DNA of 63,974 nt, filler included, from Neolecta irregularis DAH-3 (lineage: Eukaryota), in the NCBI GenBank assembly GCA_001929475.1. It is 10 parts of 10 records of this genome, joined end to end, with 100 filler letters (N's around TTAATTAATTAA, not from the genome) between each part and the next. Parts side by side here need not be neighbours in the genome. Positions count along the whole stretch, not along the records: positions 1 to 13,630 come from LXFE01003860.1; positions 13,731 to 27,442 come from LXFE01000486.1; 8 more parts are not named here. One strand, given 5' to 3'. How positions within the stretch are numbered: position 1 is the first letter of the stretch; every line of letters begins with the position of its first letter. The translations under genes and the position numbers were made by a program. This document shows, piece after piece, positions 1 through 13,980 of the stretch. The notes under the pieces are model-generated. The model was given only the letters and a program-made list of their open reading frames with translations, ran no database searches and was not told where the DNA came from.

Positions 1-187
1 GAAGGCGTATATCCTTTAAAACCACCCTTCACAACAGACCTTGGGACAGACGAACCAGTAGCAGTACCGGGCGGTGAGGGACTGGTAGAGATAACCGACA
101 TCGGCCCCGGTGTGTCAAATTTCCATAAAGGAGATTGGGCAGTATTGAAAAATACTGGTTTTGGCATCTCTTGTCACNNNNNNNNNN

Positions 188-725
188 GGTCTCGCTTGTG
201 CGTGCAAGACAGATTATTCCAAATGCCAATGGATACCAGAGGCGCGACTAGTTTGCGGATATGGGCGTTATCAATAGTCTGCACTGCGGCGTCGAGAAAC
301 ACAGCCAGAGCACAGCGCACAGTCCATGAAGTAGTCGGGGCTGCAGCAATAACCAGGACTCTGCGAAAGAAATCACGAAAGGAGTCGGGATAATTTGTAA
401 GGGCAACTATATGTCAATGCCGGGGTCGAGAAATCTCAGTACCCCAGGGATCGGTGCCGGTGCGGAATTTGCACCCAACTAGCAACGCCAATGCAACAAC
501 AAGCGAGTCTGGGCAGTCCGCAGCAGAGATAAAAGCCGGCCACAAACATCTACATAGAGTCAGTCTGCGCTGTGTAGAACAGTACTTTTCCAGAGTTTGC
601 GTAGCTTCGAATCCCCCGAGTTCTACAAGACTCGCGCGACACACCCGCTCAGCCATTGCAGATGCATTTCCTGCATCAGGAGTCTGTGAATGTGCTTTGC
701 GCCCATTTGCGACTGCTGCTGTCAT
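188..725 (-). CDS. cwf11: Intron-binding spliceosomal helicase Aquarius (AQR/Cwf11), 5' part, truncated by gap
   Basis: Manual splicing gives LEK|CLWPAF...LLVGCKFRTGTDPW|VALTNYPDSFRDFFRRVL...VAPLVSIGIWNNL, matching the Aquarius N-terminal ARM region. Start codon is approximate. Confidence 0.75.
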
Positions 726-799
726 TTCTGCGGTTTCACTTTGGAGCAGGTCGATGGTTGAGTACTCACGTGACATTCGCTTCACCCGTCACCCGTGTA

Positions 800-1629
800 A
801 TGTCTGGTCTGGAAAGTGCGTTCCCCTTGCTTTTGCCCTGTCTCTAACTCTTAGAAACCCTTTTTAATCTCAAAGCACGCCTTTATCTACTACCTGTCTC
901 TAATCACCAACAGTTCTCTGCAAAACAGCTCAATAAACAGGCCAAAAGGGCTGAACGGGAGGCTAATCAGCGCAAGACAAAGCTCAAAGACGTGGGTGCT
1001 GCCATCTCTGCTGTCCGCATCTCATAGGAAGGCAATCCAGAAGGGCAATCGTGATATCGCAGAACTCCACGCTTCAGAAATCATCAGGAAACAAACAGAA
1101 CACATCGATCTTCTCAGGCTCTCTGCTCGCTTAGATGCCGTGGCAAGCCGTGTACAGACTGCAGTCACCATGCGCAATGTAAATTCCTTTTGGTCACCCT
1201 GCTCACCCCACCAAGGTCTCTGGGAACATGAAGACGGTCGTTATGAACATGAACCGTGCTCTGGAAACTATGGATTCGACAAAGGCAGACACATCACTTT
1301 CCTCGAGTTAACCCTGATAGATTTCCGAGATTATGGACAGATTCGAGACACAGTTCGAGGATCTAGATGTGACGGTTCGTTTGGACGTGGCCAGGTTGCT
1401 GACAAGACAGTCTTCATATATGCAAAATTCGATTGGTCAAAGCACGGCAACAGGCACACCGCAGGACAAGGTCGATGCGCTCATGCAGGAAGTAGCTGTT
1501 GAAGCTGGAATAGAGTTTGACCAAGAACTCGGCTCGGCCAATGCTTCAAAAGCCAAGATTGCCGTCAAGAAAGACAAGGAGCGAGACGAAGAAAATTTGG
1601 ACGAAAGGCTCAGGGCTTTGCGTAGCTAG
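800..1629 (+). CDS. DID2: ESCRT-III subunit Did2/CHMP1 (Snf7 family), 7 exons
   Basis: Spliced [23 protein letters not shown]...[18 protein letters not shown]...[13 protein letters not shown]...[10 protein letters not shown]. Introns 816-854, 875-913 (GC), 992-1031, 1179-1215, 1285-1320 (GC), 1375-1410. Confidence 0.93.
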
Positions 1630-1729
1630 AGGTGTCTTCTATATACAAACACAAGTAGGCGTCTTTGGGTATCATGTGACAACGTTAACCGCTTCAAACC
1701 CCGACTAGAAACAATTTCTAGTCTCCCCC

Positions 1730-2364
1730 ATGAAAGCAGCCGATGTCTGTCAACCCTAGGGTATCACCAATTGTTTTTTTACCACAAACTTGATCTTCCA
1801 GACTGAGGCGGCTAGACAAGCCTTGGCTGCTTTCTACTGCGAGCTATGCGATAAAAGTACGCCATAATATTTATTCGTATTAATCATAGAATACGCGCGA
1901 GCCGGTCAATTTGAGGGACACTTGAGCAGCTATGTAATACCGGATTTCAGAAACACATGCTGACTTGGTAGGATCATCAGCACAAAAAGGTACACCTTGT
2001 ACACAAGTACTGAACCGACTTTCAGCGCTTCAAAGAGATGCGAGAAATGCAACGCGACCCATCAGATGCCGCACGGCGCAAAGAAAGAGAGCGTATCCGA
2101 GAGGAAAAGGAGTTGAATCGCATTACAGGAGGAAAAGCGTCGATTAATATACGGCCAATCACCATTAAACCCATCACTGAACCAAAGCCACCCACTGTCA
2201 AACGAGGTTTCAAGAATGCATTTGGGGATGATGACGATGACGATGGACTTGAAGCGACGCCAGTTAAAATTACAAATGAAGCAGTGACGTCCTCATCTAT
2301 AGGAAAACATTCTGTAAAACAAGCGAAAGACGAACCATATGATCCCGAATATCCTACTGCTTGA
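1730..2364 (+). CDS. Small C2H2 (matrin/jaz-type) zinc-finger protein, GPATCH8/ZNF804-like finger
   Basis: Spliced FYCELCDKKYARAGQFEGHLSSYDHQHKKRFKEM followed by the 2038-2364 ORF. Start is uncertain. Confidence 0.75.
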
Positions 2365-2445
2365 AAATGCCTCCTTTTTTCGGGGTCAGAAAATAGTAAT
2401 GTACAGTAATATTAAACATTGACCAATCTACCGTTTGACGACGTC

Positions 2446-3854
2446 ATGTCCAATAATGTTACCAAACGATATTTTACCAGAGCACGCGCAATCGTTTTCT
2501 CACAACATGGGAAGCCGTTAGAGGTCTTGCGTGTTCATGAATATCCTATTCCACAAGATTTGGACGAATTCTCCGTCTCGTTGAAGGTCTTGTCTGCTGC
2601 GATCAATCCAGCGGACATTAATCAGATCGAAGGCGTATATCCTTTAAAACCACCCTTCACAACAGACCTTGGGACAGACGAACCAGTAGCAGTATCGGGC
2701 GGTGAGGGGCTGGTAGAGATAACCGACATCGGCCCCGGCGTGTCAAATTTCCATAAAGGAGATTGGGCAGTATTGAAAAATACTGGTTTTGGCATCTCTT
2801 GTCACATTATGACAGCCTACTGACCGTGAGGAACCTGGAGGACGCACGCCATGACAAGCCAAGATCAATTGTTGAAGATACCCAAAAATGGTCTTGCACC
2901 ATATCAAATTGCGACAGCTGCTGTCAACCCATCATCTGCATACCGCATGCTCAAAGACTATGTTCCTCTCAAACGAGGACAATGGTTCATTCAAAACGGG
3001 GCAAATAGCGGTGTAGGCCAAGCAGCAATTCAATTGGGCAAGCTCTGGGGTTATAAAAGCATCAACGTTATTCGAAATAGGTAGGAAATTTCAGATTTTC
3101 TCGAATAATATTCTAGACCTGATTTAGACGAATTGAAAGACTATCTGAAAAAGTTGGGTGCGGATCAAGTTATCACAGATGAAGAATTATCCGACCGGGA
3201 AATCAAGAACAAGATAGCAGAATGGACAAATAACCAGGGTGTATCATTGGGCTTGAATTGTGTCGGTGGGAAAATTGCGACAGATACTGCAAGGCAGTTA
3301 TCGTACTTTGTCCAAATGTTTATCTCTTGGCTGATGAAAGAAACGGAGGGAAATTGGTAACGTATGGTGGAATGTCTCGCCAACCTGTAACTTTACCCAC
3401 AAGCCTATTTATTTTCCAAAATATCTCGTGTCATGGATTTTGGCTTGCGATATGGCGAAAAGAACACGAGAAAGAGAGGGATGAAATGCTTCTTGAGATT
3501 CTCGAGTTCCTTCGAAACGGTTCGTNNNNNNNNNNTGGGAAATTGGTAACGTATGGTGGAATGTCTCGCCAGCCTGTAACTTTACCCACAAGCCTATTTA
3601 TTTTCAAAAATATCTCGTGTCATGGATTTTGGCTTGCGATATGGCGACAAGAACACGAGAAAGAGAGGGATGAAATGCTTCTTGAGATTCTCGAGTTCCT
3701 TCGAAACGGTTCGTTACAAAGTGTTCCATGCGAATGTGTGAGATGGACGCAGGATCAAAGTCCTGGGCAGAGCCTTGATCTGTTCTTATCGGCCATCAGA
3801 AACTCAGGGAAAGGATATGGAGGGAAGAAACAAGTACTGGTCATTGACCATTAA
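2446..3854 (+). CDS. ETR1: Mitochondrial trans-2-enoyl-ACP reductase (MECR/Etr1)
   Basis: INPADINQIEGVYP, GFGTWRTHA (across GC intron 2792-2830), IQNGANSGVGQAAIQL, LVTYGGMSRQPV. A segment is duplicated around the gap at ~3526-3535 (assembly). Confidence 0.92.
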
Positions 3855-3882
3855 TCGAAAAAGAAAAGAATCGAGGTGTGTT

Positions 3883-5484
3883 TCAAAAGGATATATTTTC
3901 CAAAACGCTAGCAGCCTGCAGGAGCCCTTCTTCGTCTCCGCATTGGGCGATAATTTGCAGCCCAATAGGAGCTTGATTTTCTTTTTGTACTGGTATGGAA
4001 ATTGCAGGAATACCTGTCGAGTAAGCCGGTATCTGATTATGAAAATATTTCTACCTGCCAAGCTTGCTGGAACAGTAAACACGTCATGGACAAAACTTTC
4101 AACATCGCTTTTCTGACGCCTTAAACTTTTAATAGTTGGAGCCGTCGTCACCGAACAAGGTGCAAGAATGACGTCAACACCATCTGGGTTATTTTGCATA
4201 GTGAGGCCTAACGGATTCTTCCAACGGAAGACTTGATTAAAGTCGGTTTGAACCAGTCTCCGCACGCGCTGTGCTTTGATGTAATAACTCTCTCGGGCGC
4301 TTTTTATTCAGACCAAAGCATTGGGGGAATGTCACCTGGATGTCAAAGTATAAGTCCCAAGCAAGATTCTACGCTTCACTTCTGCACCAAATCCTTCATC
4401 GCGTGAAATGATAAAGTTAAAATCACCCTCAGGCCGATGACCATATCTGATACCATCAAATTTGGCGAGGTTCGAAGAGGCTTCTGCTGGTGCTAGAACA
4501 TAGTATGCAGGTAGTGAATTCTTTGTATTTGGTAAACTGACTGTTGTAACAGAATGGCCCTGGGAACAAAAGTACTCGCGAGCTTTGTGCCATGCAGTTC
4601 GAATTTCTGGTTCTAATTCTTCGATATTATATTCCTATGTAAATCAGTAAAAAGGTCGATGGACGTGAAGCACCTTTGGGATACCTAGACGGATTTTGTG
4701 TTTATCACGCCGCCTCAGATCTTGTAGATCGCTGTTTGCATGTGCAAATTTGGTTCGTGAACTTGCCGATAAACTGGTAGGATCTTGGGGATCGTGATGG
4801 TTGAGAATTTCTATCCTGGTCAAAGGTATACTTGGGGTCCCAAACCCCAGAGTTTCTTTATATTCGCTAGATTTGAAGCAAAAATTCCAACTGTGTCAAG
4901 AGAGTTGGCATAAGCAACAACGCCCCATCTCGAAATCATTCCATATGATGGCTTGAAGCCAATACACCCGCAATACGAAGCAGGAAGTCTCACTGAACCC
5001 CCAGTGTCGGTTCCAAGGGCTCTATTGTTTAAACCAAATTTGCAAAACAAGGTGGCTACGCATCAACCAGGTTGGCAGCAACAACAGCAGCACTGCCGCC
5101 ACTGCTTCCACCAGCACTATGCTCGACACCTGGGAACCGCGGGTTGATGGTTGGTCCATATATTGTATTGAGTGTATTTGAACTGCATGACATGAGATAA
5201 AGCCTGCAGAACTGAGTTCACACCCCATTCCGAACTCATCCATATTTGTTGTTCCGAAAATATCGATGCCGGCTTCACGCAGCTTTAGGACTACAGTGGA
5301 CTCGAATGGCGATACATAGTCTATTTGGACGCCTTAATGATGAACAGTACGCTTAAAACATGCCATTCAAGAACTGCGAAGCGCATGAGAGAGGCAGCTC
5401 CGAATGCGCAATATTGGCCTTGATAGCCACACGCAATGCCGACGAAACACCAGCAGGCAATGAGTGGACAATTGCATTCAGCAT
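3883..5484 (-). CDS. HER2: Mitochondrial glutamyl-tRNA(Gln) amidotransferase subunit A (GatA/Her2)
   Basis: [61 protein letters not shown]. Multi-exon. Confidence 0.9.
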
Positions 5485-5563
5485 CAATACTCAACTCGAA
5501 AAGAATTTGCAATGATCGTGGACATCACGTGGAGCGAACCATACCGTCATCTCACTGGAAAAC

Positions 5564-8645
<3,082 letters not shown>

Positions 8646-8797
8646 ATATGATAAAATATATACATACAACCTCCAACCGAAACAAGTGAATTCTGTACTT
8701 TTAGAGTTTGGTATTACTTCCCGTCAAGCTGGGAAAATTCGGACCACCACCCATTATTATTTCATAGGCCTCTCCACCATCCCTCTACATATTCTCG

Positions 8798-10302
8798 ATG
8801 GTTCTGCTCCCAGCATCAGTGCGTCTTGGAAGGTCCCCTCTCTGGAATTGTGTGTCCAAAGGATTGGCGACATCGTCAATTAAGCGGTTCCCCGGAACTG
8901 CTTTGAGCAACCAATACCTGCGTACTACGAATGCAATTAGACTTGCGGCGACAAATAAATCGCTTGGCTATCAGAAAAGATCCGCCGGTGGTCAGAGTGG
9001 GAATGCCGTTCAGGTGACGTCTTGCGCACTAAATTTGCTTATTCGTTTCACAGGTAACTGTCCGTGATGCTTTAAACTCGGCAATAGAGGAAGAGATGTT
9101 ATTAAATGAAAATGTAAAGTTTAAATTACATCTTATGGCTAACCTTTTAGGTTTTTTTACTGGGTGAGGAAGTTGGTCAATATAATGGAGCATACAAGGT
9201 ACCATCCACGCAGACTTCTCTCTAGTAACATAATAGATTTCAAAAGGCCTTTTAGACAAATTTGGAGATAAAAGGATCATTGATTCGCCTATTACAGAGT
9301 CGGGATTCGCGGGTCTTTGTGTCGGTGCTGCTCTTGCTGGCCTAGTGCCAATCTGCGAATTTATGACCTGGAATTTTGCCATGCAAGCTATTGATCATGT
9401 CGTCAACTCTGCCGCAAAAACACATTATATGTCTGGCGGTATCCAGCCCTGCAATGTGATTAAAAGAGTCTGAGGATTTTCTGATGGTCAGATTACGTTT
9501 CGCGGACCCAACGGAGCTGCTGCTGGGGTAGCTGCTCAACACAGTCAAGATTATGTTCCATGGTACGGCAGCATTCCTGGATTGAAAGTTGTGTCTCCGT
9601 ATAGCGCCGAAGATGCAAAAGGTCTATTAAAGGTTTCCCCCCCTTTGTTTTAGCCAGCTCAAGAGTTAGGCTGCAATCAGAGATCCTAACCCAGTGTGTG
9701 TTATGGAAAATGAGGTAATTTGATGGTTACCTCTCAGAGCTCATATCTAATAAGATAATGTATGGAATTAGCTTTCCGCTGTCACCAGAAGCTCAGAGAG
9801 ACGACTTTGTTATTCCCTTTGGAAAGGCCAAGATTGAGCGTGTTGGGAAGGATATTACGTTGGTAGCTTACTCAAGAGCTGTTGGGCAGTGTCTCGAGGC
9901 AGCCGAGATTCTCAAGAAACAAGAAAATGTCGATGTCGAAGTCATCAACCTGCGAAGTATCAAACCTATGGACGTTCCTGCGATCATCAAGAGCGTCAAG
10001 AAGACCAACCGGTGTGTTTCTGTGGACGCTGGATTCCCAGCCTTTGTATGAACAAGTTTCACGATTGGATTGATGAATTAGGGCTTTGGCTCTGAGATCT
10101 GCGCCCAAATTATGGAAAGCGATGCGTTTGATTACCTGGATTCGCCAGTTGGACGGGTGACTGGCGCTGAAATTCCTCTACCGTATGCCAAAACTCTTGA
10201 AGATTACAGCTTGCCGGATGCTGGGGTTATTGTCCAAGGTAAATGTCTGTTGATCATTTATCTTACACTGTAGCTGCACGAAAGGCTCTGTATCTTTCTT
10301 GA
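8798..10302 (+). CDS. PDB1: Pyruvate dehydrogenase E1 beta subunit
   Basis: [76 protein letters not shown]. Confidence 0.96.
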
Positions 10303-10401
10303 GCAGTTTACTAGTTTGTAATTCACCAAGGCGCCATTTCATTGCACGTGACCCAAACTCCAGATCTTCCCTCGTGAACTGCAAACCTTTTAACCCCATC
10401 A

Positions 10402-11772
10402 ATGCCCCCAAAGCTTGATATCAACAAATCCGGCTGGGAGAATGCCGAATTCCCTAGTGTTTGCGAAAAGTACTTGCATTTCGTTTTTTGTTGCTGTAGT
10501 CTAATCACTGATATAGATGTCTTGGAGCCAATCCCTATATTCGAATGACCAAGGAAGAATATGGAAAAGAGTGCAAAGTTGTGATCTCTGGGGCCTCCTT
10601 TTTGATGACTAGATTTGCTCGAGACCGTATTCCGTGTTCCGGTGGCTACCGGGGAAAGAACAACGATACAAAAGAACTGATGTATATTACTGGGACCAGA
10701 CAATGACTAACTGATAAGATTTGTCAAACGTGTTCAAGGTAAAGACTGCTATCGCAACGTGCTCCAGTAACATTCAAGGCTCCAGAATTGTTGCCAGGCT
10801 TGTTTGTTGGACCTTCAATACGGCCTCCCGTAAGAACAACGAATGTAGTATATATTAACTAGACAGAATCCAAGTTCGAGATGCCGCTCTAAAGCTGGTT
10901 GCTCAAGGTCCGCAAAGCAGTATTAACCGCGAGTATTTTGGTAAGGGATTTGTGTTCAGTGGCTAACTATGAAGCTCAAAACAACGAGGGCAAATTAAAG
11001 GATGGAGATGTTCCTGTAGGTTACAACAAGGCTGATTCGGCTGCCCGAGATCTGTTGAAGCGGCTGGCCAAGAGCGAACCATATTATCGAAGAGAAAAAG
11101 CAAATCCTTGTACATTCTTCGCTCATGGAAATTGTCCAAGGGGGGACACCTGTCCATACTCGCATAACGTCGATGATTTTCCGGAAGGGACGCAGTTTCC
11201 GGATGGACAGGTATCCATGGGAGACAGCGACAACTTTGCGCCTGCCCGTACAAACAGTTCCCGTCGACTAGGTTCGAGCGATCTGAGGCCTCCAGTTGAC
11301 AAGAAAATTGTAAGGTGCAGCGCATGGTGCACTTTTTCTCACAAGATAGAAGTCTCTTATGCTGACGGGCGTCGAGGACGACTTGACGGACCACGCCATC
11401 CGCACGTACTTTATGCGTTTTGGGCCAATACGGTCGCTGGTGGTTGTGCACAAGTCGCGGGCTGCAATTGTGAACTTTGCGACTCGGCAGGGTGCAGAAG
11501 CGGCGGCTGAAGGTACTCGAGGAGAGGCGATAGTGCAGGGCTGTCCACTGCGGGTGTCTTGGAGTAAGCCGCGCCCGCTTGCTGCTGCTGGAGCAGAGGA
11601 AGGTTTTCCGGGGACACGCCGAGCTTTGGTGGTGAGTGCAGAAGAAGACGAAGGGTCTCAGCAAGACGGCCAAGGCGCACTGCCGCTGGATGCTTATGCA
11701 CCACGGCCCATGGACAGCACAGCGCAGTACCAGAGCACGCGGCCCGCCTATGAGGAGCAACATCCTGCATAA
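10402..11772 (+). CDS. SLT11: Pre-mRNA splicing factor Slt11/Cwf5 (RBM22): Cys-rich N-terminus, CCCH finger, RRM
   Basis: [60 protein letters not shown] in the 11359-11772 ORF. Confidence 0.92.
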
Positions 11773-12018
11773 TTTCTTTGTTCGTTCTGTGTATGTTGAC
11801 CGCATCTTTGGTCTTCTTCAAGGGTGTTAGATAGATGGCGGGTTAGTACCGGAGCTGGTGGTGCACCGTCGCACTCGCCTGGTCCTCATTTGGAGTAAAA
11901 ATACCCATTCTGCTACAATTCTGAACCATATGATAATTGCAACTTGTCAATGGTTTCCCTGTAATAATGGTTGATGTAAATTTTGGACTGGGATGAACTT
12001 TTACAACCCGACTCCACC

Positions 12019-13414
12019 ATGACTACCCAGTTCTCCCAAACCTACAAAAAAGACCACGACTTTTCAAAAGTCCTTCACGGCAAGAATGCAGCAGACAAGG
12101 AAGGGTTCTCTGCAATGTTCAACAAAGACTCCAGGGCTCAGCAAACAGTAGTGAGCCCTCCTTGATCCCTGTAATTTGGTACTGATCTAACACAGGTAAA
12201 CTCCTATTTCTCTTTCTGGGACCACAAGGCCCCTGGCCAAGAGACCGATACAGACAAGAAAGAGCGACTGTCAAATTACTCAAAATTAACAAACGCGTAC
12301 TACAATCTTTCAACGGTATTGTTTTTATTGATCCATGTCTAATTTCAGGATCTTTATGAGGTAGCTTGATCGCTTTTCAGAAATTTCCGACGACTGATTC
12401 AAATAGTATGGTTGGGCCCAATCCTTTCATTTTGCAACATACTATCCTGGAGAATCATTTTTTCAAGCACTCGCTCGTCATGAGCATTATTTAGCATTGA
12501 AAATGAACATTCAAGACAATTACAATGTCCTCGATGTTGGATGTGGTGTTGGTATATATATCACATTTCCAAGGTGCTCATTATTAGGTGGCCCTGCTCG
12601 TGAAATATGTACATTCACCAATGCAAACATTACGGGGCTTAATAACAATGACTATCGTATTTTTGCCAGTTCATCAGTATCCTGAGAGTTTAGAAATTGA
12701 GCGAGCAAGGAATTATACTACTCGCCGTGGACTTTCAGAGAAAATCAGATTTGTGAAGGGTGATTTTATGCAAATGCCCTTCGACGACGCATGTTTTGAC
12801 GCCGTGTATGCGATCGAAGCCACATGTCATGCTCCAAAATTGGAAGGGGTATATGGTGAAATTTATCGGGTGCTAAAACCTGGCGGTATCGTGCGTAATT
12901 GGGTTGTACCGATGCTAAATACCAGTTTGGAGTATATGAATGGGTCATGACCGATTCTTATGATGCATCAGACCCAGAGCAGAGAAAGGTTGCATATGGT
13001 ATTGAAGTTGGAGATGGCATTCCCCAAATGGTCACCATGTCTGATGCCCGGAATGCGCTTAAAAAGGTTGGGTTTGGGATTATACTTGAAGATGACTTGG
13101 CTGCTCATGGTGATGTTGTTCCTTGGTACTATCCTATTGCCGGTCAACTCAAGCATGTTCGGAGTATGGGTGATTTCTGGAAAGTCTTTACAATGACAAA
13201 ATTTGCTCGGACTTCGTTAAATTACATGGTCGGTGGATTGGAAATGATTGGCCTTGCTCCTAAAGGCACTCAGCGAGTTGGAACAAACCTTGCGGTTGCT
13301 GCAGATGCTCTTGTCACAGGTGGAGAGGTATGTTTTCCTCTAACATCTCTGACAGCACAGAGGAACCTCTTTACCCCAATGATGATGTTTGTATGCAAGA
13401 AGCCAAAGACCTAG
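12019..13414 (+). CDS. ERG6: Sterol 24-C-methyltransferase
   Basis: [20 protein letters not shown] (with 12-nt micro-exon 12349-12360), [38 protein letters not shown]. Confidence 0.96.
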
Positions 13415-13630
13415 AATTGACTAGCGGGCGTACTAGGGTTTATGGCTACTCTTCTGTGGTCTCATTCCTCGATCCTTCCTTTATACAGATACATTTAATA
13501 CCATATATCCGTCGCCTAATTGTTTATTGTGGGTCAGAAATTGGGCTAGTTTATGAAATCCCTGTTTGAATTTTAGTAGTCCTCCGTGTAAAGATTGTGG
13601 TTCCAATGTCCGAGATGGTGGTTAGCCAGG

Positions 13631-13730
13631 NNNNNNNNNNNNNNNNNNNNNNNNNNNNNNNNNNNNNNNNNNNNTTAATTAATTAANNNNNNNNNNNNNN
13701 NNNNNNNNNNNNNNNNNNNNNNNNNNNNNN
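13631..13730. other. Artificial contig linker N-TTAATTAATTAA-N (also 27443-27542, 45671-45770, 50531-50630, 56516-56615, 58756-58855, 59967-60066, 61213-61312, 62331-62430)
   Basis: The same 100-nt spacer, carrying stops in all six frames, occurs 9 times. Confidence 0.98.
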
Positions 13731-13759
13731 CGATCTTGCCCCCACACGCTCGTGATGCG

Positions 13760-13910
13760 TGTGGCGTGACACGGATGTCTGGTTTCTGTGGCGGTGGCTG
13801 GACGCTGTCCTGCTGTGGCGTGCGGATGTCTGGTTCTGTGGCGGTGGCTGGACGCTGTCCTGCTGTGGCGTGACCCGGATGTCTGGTTTTGTGGCGGTGG
13901 CTGGATGTCT
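13760..13910. repeat. Minisatellite, ~50-54 bp unit x~3
   Basis: TGTGGCGTG..CGGATGTCTGGTT.TGTGGCGGTGGCTGGACGCTGTCCTGC repeated. Confidence 0.85.
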
Positions 13911-13980
13911 GCTTGAATATCAGTGCTTCTGCCTATCTCACGTGACTGCCCATTCCACATCCACATCACGCTCCACCGCC

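Noticed and set aside
1-177. Second copy of part of ETR1
   Set aside because: Near-identical to ~2629-2805 and next to an N gap, so most likely a scaffolding or haplotype artefact.
3349-3714. Apparent internal duplication in Etr1
   Set aside because: The duplicate straddles a 10-N gap, so it is an unmerged overlap. The same pattern occurs at the gaps near 59170, 62175, 63010 and 63280.
10963-11805. 280-aa antisense ORF over SLT11 (and similar shadow ORFs elsewhere)
   Set aside because: Shadow of a GC-richer coding strand with no motif support.
13675-13686. Recurrent TTAATTAATTAA palindrome
   Set aside because: Synthetic six-frame-stop linker.
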